DNA of 64,000 bases from Podarcis pityusensis (lineage: Eukaryota): NCBI GenBank assembly GCA_964106645.2, contig OZ067048.1; one strand, 5' to 3'. Shown here one piece after another: positions 12,216 through 24,192 of this stretch. The translations under genes were made by a program, and so were the position numbers. Below the pieces are notes generated by a model, which saw only the letters and a program-made list of their open reading frames with translations, was not told the DNA's origin and did no database searches. Numbering within the stretch: the stretch's first letter is position 1; every line of letters begins with the position of its first letter.

Positions 12216-13634
12216 AATGGTCATGAGGGGCTGTATGACTTCCCGGAGCAGCTGGGCTGCGCTTGACCACAATTGCCAACACACAGGATCATTTTTCTTA
12301 TCCAAAATGATAAAACTTCTAATCAAGGCGATATGAAGGTTATGAAGCTATGGTTTACAGCTGGCTTAATAACGGGTCTTCTTCAGAAGCTGCTAACCAT
12401 TGTTTCCCAGTTTGGAGAGACTCCTGGCCTGTACAAAGTGAAGAACTGAGCAGGCTGCACACAGAGGAACAAGACTCATCTCGGCTTATTATGATGAGAT
12501 GCAATAATCTGAATGTAGGACCAGAACTATCTTTAGCCAGAGTGGCGCAGTTGCCCAAGGTGGCAGAGGATGGGGGACAGGAAGCTGTGGCAAGATGGTG
12601 GAGGACAGAGCTGTATTATAACATGCAGCCTGCCCCGTGTGCTCAGTTAGCTTGCTGCCCTCAGGTATAGTGGTAGATGCTGCCCTATCACCAAGTTCAG
12701 AGGCAAACTTTAGTTGCCTGTGCGGTTGGCTCTTGAACTTGCAGCAGGGGAGACGGCCATCTTGTTTTTCACCTCAGGCAGCAAAATTTCTTGGACCTGC
12801 CCTTGCTGAATATGGCCGCTCTGTAATTCCCTCCAGCCCAGAACCAAGAAAGCCAGACAACTACAGCGTATATATATATATATATATAATAATATTTGAA
12901 GTGAACGACTGTTATTAGACTTTAAGCCTCCAGGCAAGGCCTATCTTCATTTTTACCTGAAAGTGCTTTAAAAAATAGTAAATGTGATTATTATGAAGCA
13001 AGCTCTTACCATAGAATATAACAGGAATTGATTTTCTTTTTTTTAATAAAAGAAGCAAATAAATGCAGAGGAAGGCCTGAGAAAGCTGGGATCACTGAGC
13101 ATTACGGTATACATTCTTAAAGGCTTGCATTTATTGATTATTTTTACATTAATATATATTCCTTTAGTAGGAGCTGCACATTTTCAACCACAAACTAGCC
13201 TTAGGTATTTTCGCACCTAAAGTAAAAAAATTATGCTCCTGTTTTGGAGTTGCTGCTGTTGTTTTTAATAGTACACAAGAAAATAGAAACTGAAGGCAGA
13301 AAAACTGTGCCCCCTCTGGAATCCCTGCACAAAGAGACTGTTTTGTACAGACCTATTGAGCTGTTTTACCAAGTATCAGACCACTGGTCCATCTAAGTCC
13401 AGTCTACTCTGATGGACAGCAGCTCTCCACAGTCTCAGACAGGACTGCTTCCCAGAATCCACTCTCTGAGATATTTCAACTCAGGGATGGGGAGCCTGTG
13501 GCTTTCCAAGTGTTTTGGCCTCTGATCCCCACCAGCTGTTCAGAGGAAAGTGGAGGTTGGACTTCAGTACCTCCTGAAGCCCCACAAGGTCTCCACACCT
13601 GCTTCAACTGGAACTACTGGAGATTGGACCTGGA

Positions 13635-14280
13635 GCCTATCACCTCCTGGCAAATAGAAGGGGAAGAAATGGAGGCAGTGAGAGATTTTACTTTCTTGGG
13701 CTCCATGATCACTGCAGATGGTGACAGCAGTCACGAAATTAAAAGACGCCTGCTTCTTGTGAGTAAAGCAATGACAAACCTAGACAGCATCTTAAAAAGT
13801 AGAGACATCACCTTGCCAACAAAGGTCTGTATAGGAAAAGCTATGGTTTTCCCAGTAGGGATGTATGGAAGTGAGAGCTGGACCATAAAGAACGCTGATG
13901 GCCAAAGAATTGATGCTTTTGAATTATGGTGCTGGAGGAAACTCTTGAGAGTCCCATGGACTGCAAGAAGATCAAACCTATCCATTCTGAAGGAAATCAG
14001 CCCTGAGTGCTCACTGGAAGCACGGATCCTGAAGCTGAGGCTCCAATACTTTGGCCACCTCATGAGAAGAGAAGACTCCCTGGAAAAGACCCTGATGTTG
14101 GGAAAGATGGAGGGCACAAGGAGAAGGGGACGACAGAGGACGAGATGGTTGGACAATGTTCACGAAGCTACCAATATGAGTCTGACCAAACTGCGGGAGG
14201 CAGTGGAAGACAGGAGTGCCTGGCGTGCTCTGGTCCATGGGGTCACGAAGAGACGGACATGACTAAATGACTAAACAACA
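13635..14280 (+). mobile_element. Bov-B (RTE clade) LINE, 5'-truncated
   Basis: Uninterrupted frame ITSWQIEGEEMEAVRDFTFLGSMITADGDSSHEIKRRLL...EKTLMLGK.EG.RRRGRQR.RWLD...WRALVHGVTK, and tail gactaaatgactaaacaaca. Confidence 0.95.
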
Positions 14281-15198
14281 TGGCGTGGAAAGCATCGCCA
14301 CTGAGCTATGGGCCATCCCTTTCATGTTGGTTAGGCTTTCCCTACCAGGTGCACAGGAAAGAGCTGTTCTCCTCCTTGCATATATGTAACAGAGGATGGC
14401 CTGCAGGCACATGGTGCCATTGTACTACTGAAGCTAAGGAGGCCTGGCCTTTTAAGCAACCTGGATGGGAAGCCATCTGGGAGCCATATGTGAGCTGCTC
14501 TGCAGATCAAGAGCAGGATATTTCTATTTATCATAGAAGCAACTCTGCTTAACACAATGTCCGTAGTTTCCTCTAGGCTTGATTTCAGAACTAAGCTGGG
14601 AAATGTGGGTGTGAAATATCTTCACAGTTCATCGGGGGCACCAAAAATACAAACACCTAATAAGCCTGTAGTCTCCCAGTTGGTTCCCCATGGCGGGCAA
14701 TTTCCTCACACGATAAAGAGGCAATGATCTGTGAAAGTGGATTAGGTGATAAATAATTGCGCCGTTTCAAATCTTCAGGTTAATCGGGTGCATCTGCAAT
14801 TATCTGGTGAACTGTGTTCATGTGTGAATTCAGCCTTTAAATGGGTTTCTAAGACGTCCAGGATCAAACTGTCAGTCAGTCATTCCAGCATTTAGGAATA
14901 AGAAAATTAATCCATCACAGCCAAAATATGACAGTTTTGAATCCTTGGGGAAAGAAAATAGGCTATTAAAGAACACACAAATCCAGCAAAGCTTCCATTT
15001 CTCTTTCTTCCCTTTTATTGATCCCCTATATTTTTCTAAAACTGGTGTTAAAATGAATTCCTTAATGCAACGGTGTACTATTTCAACACATTTTTGTGGA
15101 TTGAACCCTGAGCACCAAACAACAGGGGTTTCTGATAATAATACCTTATTGTTAAAATTATTACAAGCAAGTATAATGGCATGAAAGAGAGAACACAT

Positions 15199-15496
15199 GA
15201 AGAAGAAGAAGAAGAAGAAGAAAAAGAAGACGAAGAAGAAGAAGAGGAGGAAGAGGAGGAGAAGAGTTTGAATTTGATATCCTGCTTTATCACTACCCTA
15301 AGGAGTCTCAAAGCAGCTAACAATCTCCTTTCCCTTCCTCCCCCACAACAAACACTCTGTGAGGTGAGTGAGGCTGAGAGACTTCAGAGAAGTGTGACTA
15401 GCCCAAGGTCACCCAGCAGCTGCATGTGGAAGAGTGGGGAAGCAAACCCGGTTCACCAGATTACGAGTCTACCGCTCTTAACCACTACACCACACT
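15199..15496 (-). mobile_element. MIR/CORE-like SINE with expanded (GAA/GAG)n tail
   Basis: Same family as 11963; the tail produces the poly-Glu and poly-Ser ORFs. Confidence 0.8.
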
Positions 15497-15800
15497 AGAA
15501 CAACTGGCAAAGTCTCCACTGTCAAATCTCTGGGCAATCTCCCATCAACAAAGAGTAAGGGCCAATTCACAGAATACATTCTTAGGTGTGTACTTAAGAC
15601 AATTGAAGTGCACAACCTATAAAAGTAAGGTGTGAATACAGTGAGCATGCATCGTTCAAGTACACTCAGAAGCGAGTGGCACAGGTGGGTGTTTTGGTAC
15701 TCTTCTATCCTTGCAGACATCATGTGAGCAGCTTGGTTCTTTCGAGCAAGTGAAAGGTGACTTCATTAGGGAAGGCTGCCTCACATTTTAAGATCCCACT

Positions 15801-15920
15801 TCATAGAATCATAGAATTATGGAACTGGAAGGGACCCTGAGGAATATGCAGGTGTCCCATACGGGGATCGAAACTACATCCATTGCATTATCAGCACCAC
15901 GCTCTAATCAAGCTATCCAG
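15801..15920 (-). mobile_element. Squam3-like SINE
   Basis: tcatagaatcatagaa tail and ggggatcgaa...ttatcagcaccacgctctaa head. Confidence 0.7.
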
Positions 15921-17239
15921 GCATTCAAGAAAGAGGCAGTGAAGTTGTCTTTTGCAGGTGGGGGTCAATGGCAGTTCATATTTCCTCTCACACCACAGAG
16001 CCAAGAAAAACTTCAAAGGTGGGGTAGGAAGGTAGTTAAAGTACCATAAAATAAATAAATTATGGAGCCAATGTGTTGAACCAAGTGCTGAGCCAAGATT
16101 CAGCCCGGGAATTCAGAAAGCTGAGTTTGATTCCCACGCAGCCACAAAGTCCACCTGGTAACCTTGGGCCAATCATGGTATCTCCCAGGGCCAAAGAGAG
16201 GGTTAAAAAAAGCAAGAGAAAACTCTCTGAAAAACCTGGAGGATACAAGTGGTACTCTAAAGATCAGAGATGGGGACGCCCTCCAGACATTGTTGGATTC
16301 CAACTCCAATGAGCCCCACATGACATGGCTGTCCAACAACAACAACTGCAGAGCCACTGGTCACCCGCATCCTTGATGTTGATGTTCAGGTGTGTTTATC
16401 TCTCGTTAGTATCCTTCACAGAATCCAGGATTAAACATTTAACATTGAGAAAGGTTTCAGGACTAAGATGTTGTATGAGCCCAGGGGGGTGGGATTTCTT
16501 TTTTTAAAAAAAGTTCACTCCAGCTGGTGGTGTTTCCAAATGACTCTTAAAAACAAAGGGTGATTGCATTAGTTCAGGTGCTTGCAATGGCTTGATAGAA
16601 TGTTTAAAGACTTTGCCAAGGAAATTATGTCAGCAGCTAGGCTGCTGATATAGATAGTTCCCTGGAGCTCATTTCTGTTCGCAGGCAGCAATAACACAAG
16701 TTTTTCAGCTCATCATCTGCAAGGCCTATTTCGTGCCTCTGCATTCGGCAGCCCTTTAATCATCGAGACTCGCCAGGCTTCATGTCCCCAGCAGGTTCCC
16801 CCTCTCCTGTTATGCATGGAAAACAAATAAACTCCGCTTGCTTTCATTGAGGGAACGAAATAATGGGGGAAACAGTTTGAAGTCAGAACTCCAATAAAAA
16901 GCCGGGCAGGTCCAGATAGCTCTAAGTGAGGGAATGTGGAGCAACTACATCAGTATTTCTGATCTCTACAAGGTAGAGGCGTAGGGGACTGCAGCCTATG
17001 CTGACCCCCTGACCTGTAGGAAAGGGGTGTGGGCTGGGCAGGGTCCCAAGGACCAAAAAAGAGAGGCACAGATGACTGCATATGGCCCCTAGGTTTGAAG
17101 TTCCCCATCGCTGCCTCAAATGCCTTCACATGGGGTGGTTGCTGTTGCTGGGATACTGATTCCTTGCAAAGGGCTGCATAAATTTCAGCCAGGGACCAAA
17201 CTAGGACTCGGGTTGCCCAACTTCTGTAGTTAATGTCTA

Positions 17240-17870
17240 GTTATGGCTCAGGACCGCAATACCTCAAGGACAGCCTCTTTCCACATGAAACTACCTGGAC
17301 CCTGAGGTCATCCTCTGAGGCTGAAAGGTCCATGAAAAGTCCGGAGAACAGGCATTTTCTGCAGGGGCTCCCTGCTTGTGGAATGCTGTTGCCTTCATTA
17401 TACATATTTTAGGTGACAGGAAAAGTCTTTCCTCTTTAACTAAGCCTTTAGATGATTGACATCCGATGCCCTTTTAAATATGTTGTGGGAGGGGGATTTA
17501 CTGGTTTGTTATTGTTCTTATTTTTATTATGTATGTTGTGTTTTCTTTATACAGTCATACCTTGGTTCTCGAACGCCTTGTGACTTGAACATCTTGGCTC
17601 CCTAATGTTGCCAACCCGGAAGTAAGTGTTCCGGTTTGTGAACTTTTCTTGGAAGCCGAATGTCTGACATGGCTTCCGATTGAGTGCAGGAAGCTCCTGC
17701 AGCCAACTGGAAGCCGCCCCTTGGTTTTCGAAAGTCAAATGGACTTCCGGAACAGATTCTGTTCAAGAACCAAGGTACGGCTGTACTGTAATTTCATGCT
17801 GTGAAGCACCCTGAGATCTACAGGTATATGGTGGTATACACATATAATAAATAATAATAATAATAATAGA
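17240..17870 (+). mobile_element. Old L2 3' fragment interrupted by a MITE
   Basis: LGPQYLKD / RAFSAGAPCLWNA-like remnants; ends in an (aat)n tail. Confidence 0.6.
17552..17783. mobile_element. Tc1/mariner-superfamily MITE (family B)
   Basis: TA|CAGTCATACCTTGGTTCT...AGAACCAAGGTACGGCTG|TA; related to 45701 and 63464. Confidence 0.85.
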
Positions 17871-18041
17871 GACAGAAGGGAAGAAGGTCACAATGTAAGC
17901 TTTGCGCTCTGTAGACAATCTACCTGAACCATAATTCCAATGGAAACTGCTTTGTTATTGAACCACCTATGCTTCTGGTTGGTTTGTTTCAATTAAGGCG
18001 ACACCAGCAGCAAGAAAAATGGGGAATTAAAAATTATTTAC

Positions 18042-18492
18042 CTGCAGCGACAGTTCACTTGAGGTTAGGTCTAGAATCCCTCCGTCTGAAAGGCGGGAGC
18101 GGTACTGCCCTGCTGGAAACGGCGAGTCAGCTTTTTGAAGTCGATCCTCCAGTTTGCTTTCTGTGCTGGATGCCTCGGGGTGCAACCCATCCATTTCCAT
18201 AAGGGTGCAATGTCCATTTCCCTGCTCAGTCCTGGAGCTGCCTTTGCCGCTTTTGTTGCCTTTGCTTTCCTTGCCCCCAGGAGGAGTTCTGGTGATGACG
18301 CCAAACTTTCTAGTCCTTTTGCCATTTTGTGCTGTTTTCCCGCTGGGCTCCGAGGTAGGCCGGGCTTTGGGTTCGTTGCTGCTGCTGTTGCTGTTGTTAC
18401 CGTTTGACGGAGGAAGAGGGGCCTTGCGCTTGATGCGACGCAACATGATCAGGTAGATGAAGCCGCCATTCCAGCACTGGTCAGCAAGGTAG
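18042..18492 (-). CDS. PDZD2: PDZD2-family gene, internal coding exon (end of PDZ1 plus basic linker): (S)YLADQCWNGGFIYLIMLRRIKRK...GKRTRKFGVITR...SELSLQ
   Basis: Translation matches the PDZD2 segments SYLAEQCWNGGFIYLIMLRR and KRTRKFGVI as recalled. Acceptor ctccttcatttcttgcAG (AG at 18494-18493), donor CAG|gtaaat. 451 nt, phase 2 to 0. May be a paralog, so the symbol is family-level. Confidence 0.93.
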
Positions 18493-18851
18493 CTGCAAGA
18501 AATGAAGGAGATGCACGCATTAAAAACACCCCGTTGCAAAATGCTGTGTGTTAAGCTCTCATCAAAGTCCTTTATGTTGGAGGGAATGTCAACAGAGGTT
18601 CATATTTCCTTATGTGGTGAGAATGTAAGCCTGTGCAATTATTTTGGGAAACGGTCTTTGAAGAAGTCTCTTCTATTACAAGACAAGATGATACAACCTG
18701 ACCCAAGGCCTGCTTTATTAAATCTGTTTATAGATGACCATAATAATTTACTGCTTAAGGACCAACTAACCTTTTCCACATCTGCAGCTAAAAATGTATT
18801 TACACAATATTGGAAAACAGCTACTATCATACATACCGTAATGTTCTATGG

Positions 18852-18987
18852 CAGGCATAGGCAAACTCTGGCCCTCCAGATGTTTAGGACTACAATTCCC
18901 ATCATCCCTAGCTAACAGGACCAGTGGTCGAGGATGATGGGAATTGTAGTCCCAAATGTCTGGAGGGCCAGAGTTTGCCTATGCCTG
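18852..18987. mobile_element. hAT MITE, near-perfect 136-bp hairpin
   Basis: TIR CAGGCATAGGCAAACTCTGGCCCTCCAGA; perfect 8-bp TSD TTCTATGG (18844-18851 / 18988-18995). Confidence 0.93.
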
Positions 18988-19750
18988 TTCTATGGCATTG
19001 GCTGAGATGCTCTATGGTCATGGAACGTAAATCTGACGGAAAGACACAAATCATTGGGCCCAAACTAAGGGTGCTGGGAGTGAGGCTTCCAGCAAGCCTT
19101 GGAAAACTAAGACTGCCTCGCTTTTTGAAGACAGCACAATGAAGCTCGTATATTAAATCTCACCTCCAGTCATTAGATGCCCAGGTGCCAATTGGTTTAT
19201 CATAATGCTTTTCTGTCTTATCGCCTCAGCTGCTTCGTCAATAAAACGAGATAGTAATAATACGGACCTATTTTACAGGGTTGTTATAAGGTTTGCAAAG
19301 CTAATGTTTGTGAAGCACATTGAGCTCTTAGGGAAAGTGTTGTGCAAAATCTAAATATAATTTCTAAGACTTATTTGCCTAATTGGGGAAGTAGGTTCCT
19401 ATAACTGTGCTTATCTGCTCAGAGAACCTGAGGCTTGTGTAAAATGTTGAATTCTCTGGCTACCTGTAGACTCCCCAATCTCCACATTCCATTTGCTCAG
19501 CCCATGGTAATCCAGGTTTTAAGAGCTCTGTGAATAACATCAGAGACGTGCTCCTGCATGCAATCAATTTCTATGAAAGATTTAAACATGTTGACACCAC
19601 GGAACAAATGAGAACCCCTGAACAGCATGAAGTAGGACCGAAGCTGTATCACTTCAGGCAAAGAAAATCCCAGCAGATCTTAACAGGCAGGAGGAAGCCA
19701 AGGTGTTGAAAGAGAATGGGTGGTACGGCCCTTGTGAAGAGCCTAAACAC

Positions 19751-19878
19751 CAGGCATGGGGGACCTTTGGCCCTCCAGGTGCTGCTGAACTACAACTCCC
19801 ATCAGCCTCAGCAAGCATGGCCAAGGCTGATAGGAGTTGTAGTTCAACAATATGGAGAATCCATAGTTTCCCACCCCT
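19751..19878. mobile_element. Palindromic hAT MITE
   Basis: caggcatgggggacc...actacaactcccatcagc...gctgataggagttgtagt...ttcccacccctg. Confidence 0.75.
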
Positions 19879-20214
19879 GCTAGTTGCAGCGCTAAAGCAA
19901 CAGGAACATGCAAAGCTGTGTTATAGGCCCCATCTGCACTGTTTAAAGAAGTACCATACCACTTTAAATACTTATGACTTCACCCAAAGAATCCTGGGAA
20001 ATGTAGTGCTGAAAGTTGTTAGGAGACCTCCTATTCTGCTGACAGAACTTCAGTTCCCAGAGTTCCCTGGGAAGAGGGATTGATTGTTCCCACTCGAGAA
20101 ATTGAAACTTGTAAGTTTATAAATCCAAAGCAGGCATGCCAGCCCAGAACTATGGCTCCTCCACTAAAATAACGTTTGTTTGTTTTTCTTACAAATTAAG
20201 CCATATATAAAATG

Positions 20215-20236
20215 TATCTATCTATATCTATCTATC

Positions 20237-20271
<35 letters not shown>

Positions 20272-20286
20272 ATCTATCTATCATCT
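20215..20286 (+). repeat. (ATCT)n microsatellite
   Basis: Direct inspection. Confidence 0.9.
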
Positions 20287-20404
20287 AATTTCTATACTGC
20301 CCTGCACCTGAGGATCACAGGGCAGTTTAGAATATAAAAATACTTAAGACAGCTACAACCAAAAACAATGCTTCCCCCCAAAACATACAGTTAAATAGAC
20401 CATA

Positions 20405-20744
20405 AGGTAAAGGTTCATTAGGTTCAGTCGTGACGGACTCTGGGGTTGCGGCACTCATCTCGCTTTATTGGCCGAGGGAGCCGGCGTACAGCTTCCGGGT
20501 CATGTGGCCAGCATGACTAAGCTGCTTCTGGCGAACCAGAGCAGTGCATGGAAACGCTGTTTACCTCCCCACCAGAGTGGTACCTATTTATCTACTTGCA
20601 CTTTGACGTGCTTTCGAACTGCTAGGTTGGCAGGAGCAGGGACCGAGCAACGGGAGCTCACCCCGTTGAGGGGATTCGAACCACCGACCTTCTGATCGGC
20701 AAGTCCTAGGCTCTGTGGTTTAACCCACAGCGCCACCCACGTCC
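20405..20744 (-). mobile_element. Sauria SINE inserted in a minus-strand L2 3' end (about 20290-20910)
   Basis: TSD AATAGACCATA on both sides; flanking L2 reads VFSAVAPRLWNALPRE. Confidence 0.92.
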
Positions 20745-20932
20745 AATAGACCATAGATTGTTTAATTAGCCAAAAGCCTGGGAGAAGAGGAATGATTTTG
20801 CCTGGCACCAAAAGATATGCAATGAAGGTGCCAGGCGTGTCTCCCTGGGGAGAGCATTCCACAAGCGGGGAGCCACTGCAGAAAAGACCCAGTCTTGGGC
20901 AACCACCCTGAGAGTCACAGCACTCTGCTCAC

Positions 20933-21153
20933 CTGAAATCCCCAGCAACCTGCATTCTGAGACATCCAGCCTGCAGCGGTGCAGGTGGGACCCCATTGTG
21001 GCTATTATCCTCTAGGAGAAGGATGCTTCTCCACACTGCTTTCAGGTGCCCCTTCGCATCCCATTGACTTTTCCCGCCTGGTTGGGGCAAGAGACGGAGT
21101 TCCACGCTCCCAACTCTCAGCGCAGCGGCTGAGACTGGATGCCGCAGCATCAT
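20933..21153 (-). CDS. Candidate alternative first coding exon (MMLRHPVSAAALRVGSVELRLL...LRMQVAGDF-S)
   Basis: Open frame from ATG 21153 to a strong donor CAG|gtgagc; 221 nt, phase 2, in frame with exon 18042-18492. No recognisable repeat; relatively CpG-rich. Confidence 0.4.
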
Positions 21154-21891
21154 GCAAACAGCGGCTGGATTCAATCAAGTCTCTGTTCCGTTCTGGCAGC
21201 CAGGAAGCCAAACAGGACCCCAAACCCCACTTTTGGCAGCTTGTAAAGTGCTTGAAACCAGCCAAGCTTTCAATGAATCTGGCCTCAGAGTATTCAGAGG
21301 GTTTTGTGTTTTATTTTTCAGTGTTTAAAATCCAAATACCATAAGGATTTCAGTTGGGGTTATACGGGAATTTGCTACGCGGTTCACTCTGTATATGTTC
21401 CTCTCATTATTAACTTGGAAGCCCCGGGCTCTCATGGAAAGCTATTTATTTTTCAATGCTGCTTTCATATTTCAAGGCGGGATTTTTTTTGTTTTTGTTT
21501 TTGGGGGTGGGGAAGAAATGAAATATTATTGCTAACCAGATTTCAGTTGAGCTGAGATATTGAAAACAGAAACTGCAATCACTGCTGTAGAACTGGAATA
21601 TTCACTTCAGTTGGCGATGGGTGGATTCAATTAAAATCCTTGACATTAAGAAGCTGGTAACTGATTCCACTTAACCAACCAGTTCTTAGTACTTCTGAGT
21701 CACTATGCTAAATCATTATACCACAGATTCTCTAACATTTCTGCAGTTGGTCTCATTAGTACAGGATTTCAACAGTACTCAGGTGGTTCTCTGAATGCAG
21801 CTGCGATGGGATTGGGCACATGTAGCCTTCAGCCCCAACCCCAAAGAGAGGGGAAACCCCAAACCAACCAATGAGGGCTTAGCATGCTCAA

Positions 21892-22150
21892 TGTCATGGA
21901 AGGGTTGGCTGTAGAGGAATGGTGGGAAGAGCCAGCTGGGGAACCCCCAGGGGAAGAAGGCTCAGAGCCCAGGGATTGGTGGTGGGACAACAAAGAGGGC
22001 ATTGAGGGAGAAGACTGGGGAGAGGAAGTGTTGGAAGCTGAAGAGGTAACAAGACTTAGTGAGCTGGGAGAGTCTGTGGCAGAGAGAAGTCCGGAAGCAG
22101 GGGAAACAGCTGAAGCAGGAGAGGAGGAAGGGCAAGAGGCAGAGATGAAT
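21892..22150 (+). mobile_element. Probable partial LTR (Gypsy-like, GA-rich)
   Basis: Starts TGTCATGG with a purine-rich body like the solo LTR at 49410; no 3' end or TSD found. Confidence 0.45.
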
Positions 22151-22326
22151 CCATCCTACTCCCTTGACCTTTAATTTGGAACTACTCTGGGACTAAACTT
22201 GTCCATGTAGCATCACACCATATAGATGGATTTATATCTTTCACCCCAGCCCTAAGATAGGCCATGAGAAGCCCTGGACTGGATGAAAGTAAGCAGAAAG
22301 ATAGGGGTGTGTGTGTGTGTGTGTGT

Positions 22327-22364
<38 letters not shown>

Positions 22365-23827
22365 ACTAAAGGTTGGAGGGACAGTTCCCCTGCTTGCCCT
22401 AATGCACTTGTGTCTGCTAGACCTTTCACACAAAAATCCATTTCTGGTTTCTGTTCTCCCCGCCCCCATCTTTCTTGAGTTTAATTTGCGGGGGAGACTT
22501 ATTGGTCTTGTCAAACAACTGGGACTTCAGTGATCTACTGTGATCACCCAGAGTTCAACCAGTCTACCTTTCACCTACCTCTCCCTTAAGGGGGCTGTGG
22601 ACAGCCCAGATCACCTCCTCACCATGACATCATCAGTAATGGCCCTTGAGCTTGAACAAAGCATTCAGATGGTGCCCTGTGACTGCAAGGAGAGTCATAC
22701 TCTGAGCTAATCCTTCATCCCACTATTAGTAAGCACATTAGCTCTGTTGTATTTCAGGTAAGGCAGGATAGTTGGCCTGAGTGGTATTCTGCTGCTGCTT
22801 CTGCTTCTTCCACCCATGCACAGCTCCAAACCACATCAGATGCAGCAAATGCAGAGTTCACATCCAGCACCCTCTGGCTGGGCTTTAGGGAGGCAACATG
22901 ACCATATTTGAGGATCTGCTACCCAGAGCGTTTCTGTATTGTGGTATCCTAGGAGAGCTATGCAAGCCATCTAATTCATGGTGCAACATGAAGCAACTGG
23001 CTCGGAATAGCATGGAGTCTTTGACAGCCATGTATGGAGCTGACTGGAAACACAGCTCAAACATGATATTCAAACTCTGCATTTACTGAAGTATCCCTGC
23101 AGGGAGGGAGAGGGGGGCCCTGAGCTCAGTTCCAAAAACAGCACTGCCCACCCCCTTGGAAGCTGTCCTTATATGCTTCCAACACCATCCCTTGGCTGAT
23201 ACAATCTACACACACTTTCGTTGAAAGTAGGGTGGTCAAACAAGAAAAAAATTACTGGGTGTTCGATGACACCCATCCTTCCCCTGTGGGTGTTTTGCAA
23301 AGGGTGGAGGGAGGGACATATGGCAGACCCAAGTAATTTTGCCCCGAAGAACTGTAAAAATAAAATGGCAGGCATGTAATTAATTCTCCGGTGTCCCTTC
23401 ACACCGCTTGTGTCATAGGGCTTGTGTTTCAATCCCATGCACCAGGTCCCATCAAAACTTCAGTGACACATTGGGCTAGAATGTGCTTCACAAAGCAATT
23501 ATTGTACAGTACAACACAAGGCTATCACTGCCTCTCCTACATTCCACCCCTGGATCCCTTAGTATATCAGGCAGCTAATCCCCCTCAATATTCAGGGGGC
23601 ATTCGGCTCCACTCCGGCTCCTTGCGGCATTGCACAATTTCAGAGTGTCATATGGCGTCATATGCGTGATGTCCGGGCATCGTATGAGATCACACAGCAT
23701 CAACACAGGCCCCCTCAATCCTTTTGAGAAAATGGCACCTCTGCCTTAGTGAAATTTTATAGGCTATGGAGGATTGAAATAAATGCACTGACATGCGCAA
23801 TCAGAAAGGGAGGTTTCTGTTATGGTA

Positions 23828-24192
23828 AGGTAAAGGGTAAAGGTACCCCTGCCCGTACGGGCCAGTCTTGATAGACTCTAGGGTTGTGCGCTCATCTCAC
23901 TCTAGAGGCTGGGAGCCAGCGCTGTCCGCAGACACTTCCGGGTCACATGGCCAGTGTGACGAAGCTGCTCTGGCGAGCCAGCACCAGCGCAGCACACGGA
24001 GACGCCGTTTACCTTCCCGCTATAAAGCGGTACCTATTTACCGTACTTGCACTTAAGGGTGCTTTCGAACTGCTAGGTGGGCAGGAGCTGGGACTGAACG
24101 ACGGGAGCTCACCCCACCGCGGGGATTCGAACCGCCCACCATGCGATCGGCAAGTCCTAGGCACTGAGGTTTTACCCACAGCGCCACCCACG
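23828..24192 (-). mobile_element. Sauria SINE, distinct subfamily
   Basis: TSD TCTGTTATGGTA; 3' region differs (cccgtacgggccagtc) from the other copies. Confidence 0.9.

Noticed and set aside
13498-14262. Longest ORF (254 aa) as a host gene
   Set aside because: It is Bov-B ORF sequence fused by chance to upstream non-coding DNA.
15078-15498. Poly-Glu and poly-Ser ORFs
   Set aside because: Translation of a (GAA)n SINE tail.
21884-22174. Acidic Trp/Glu-rich 96-aa ORF
   Set aside because: Follows from the GA-rich composition of a probable LTR fragment.
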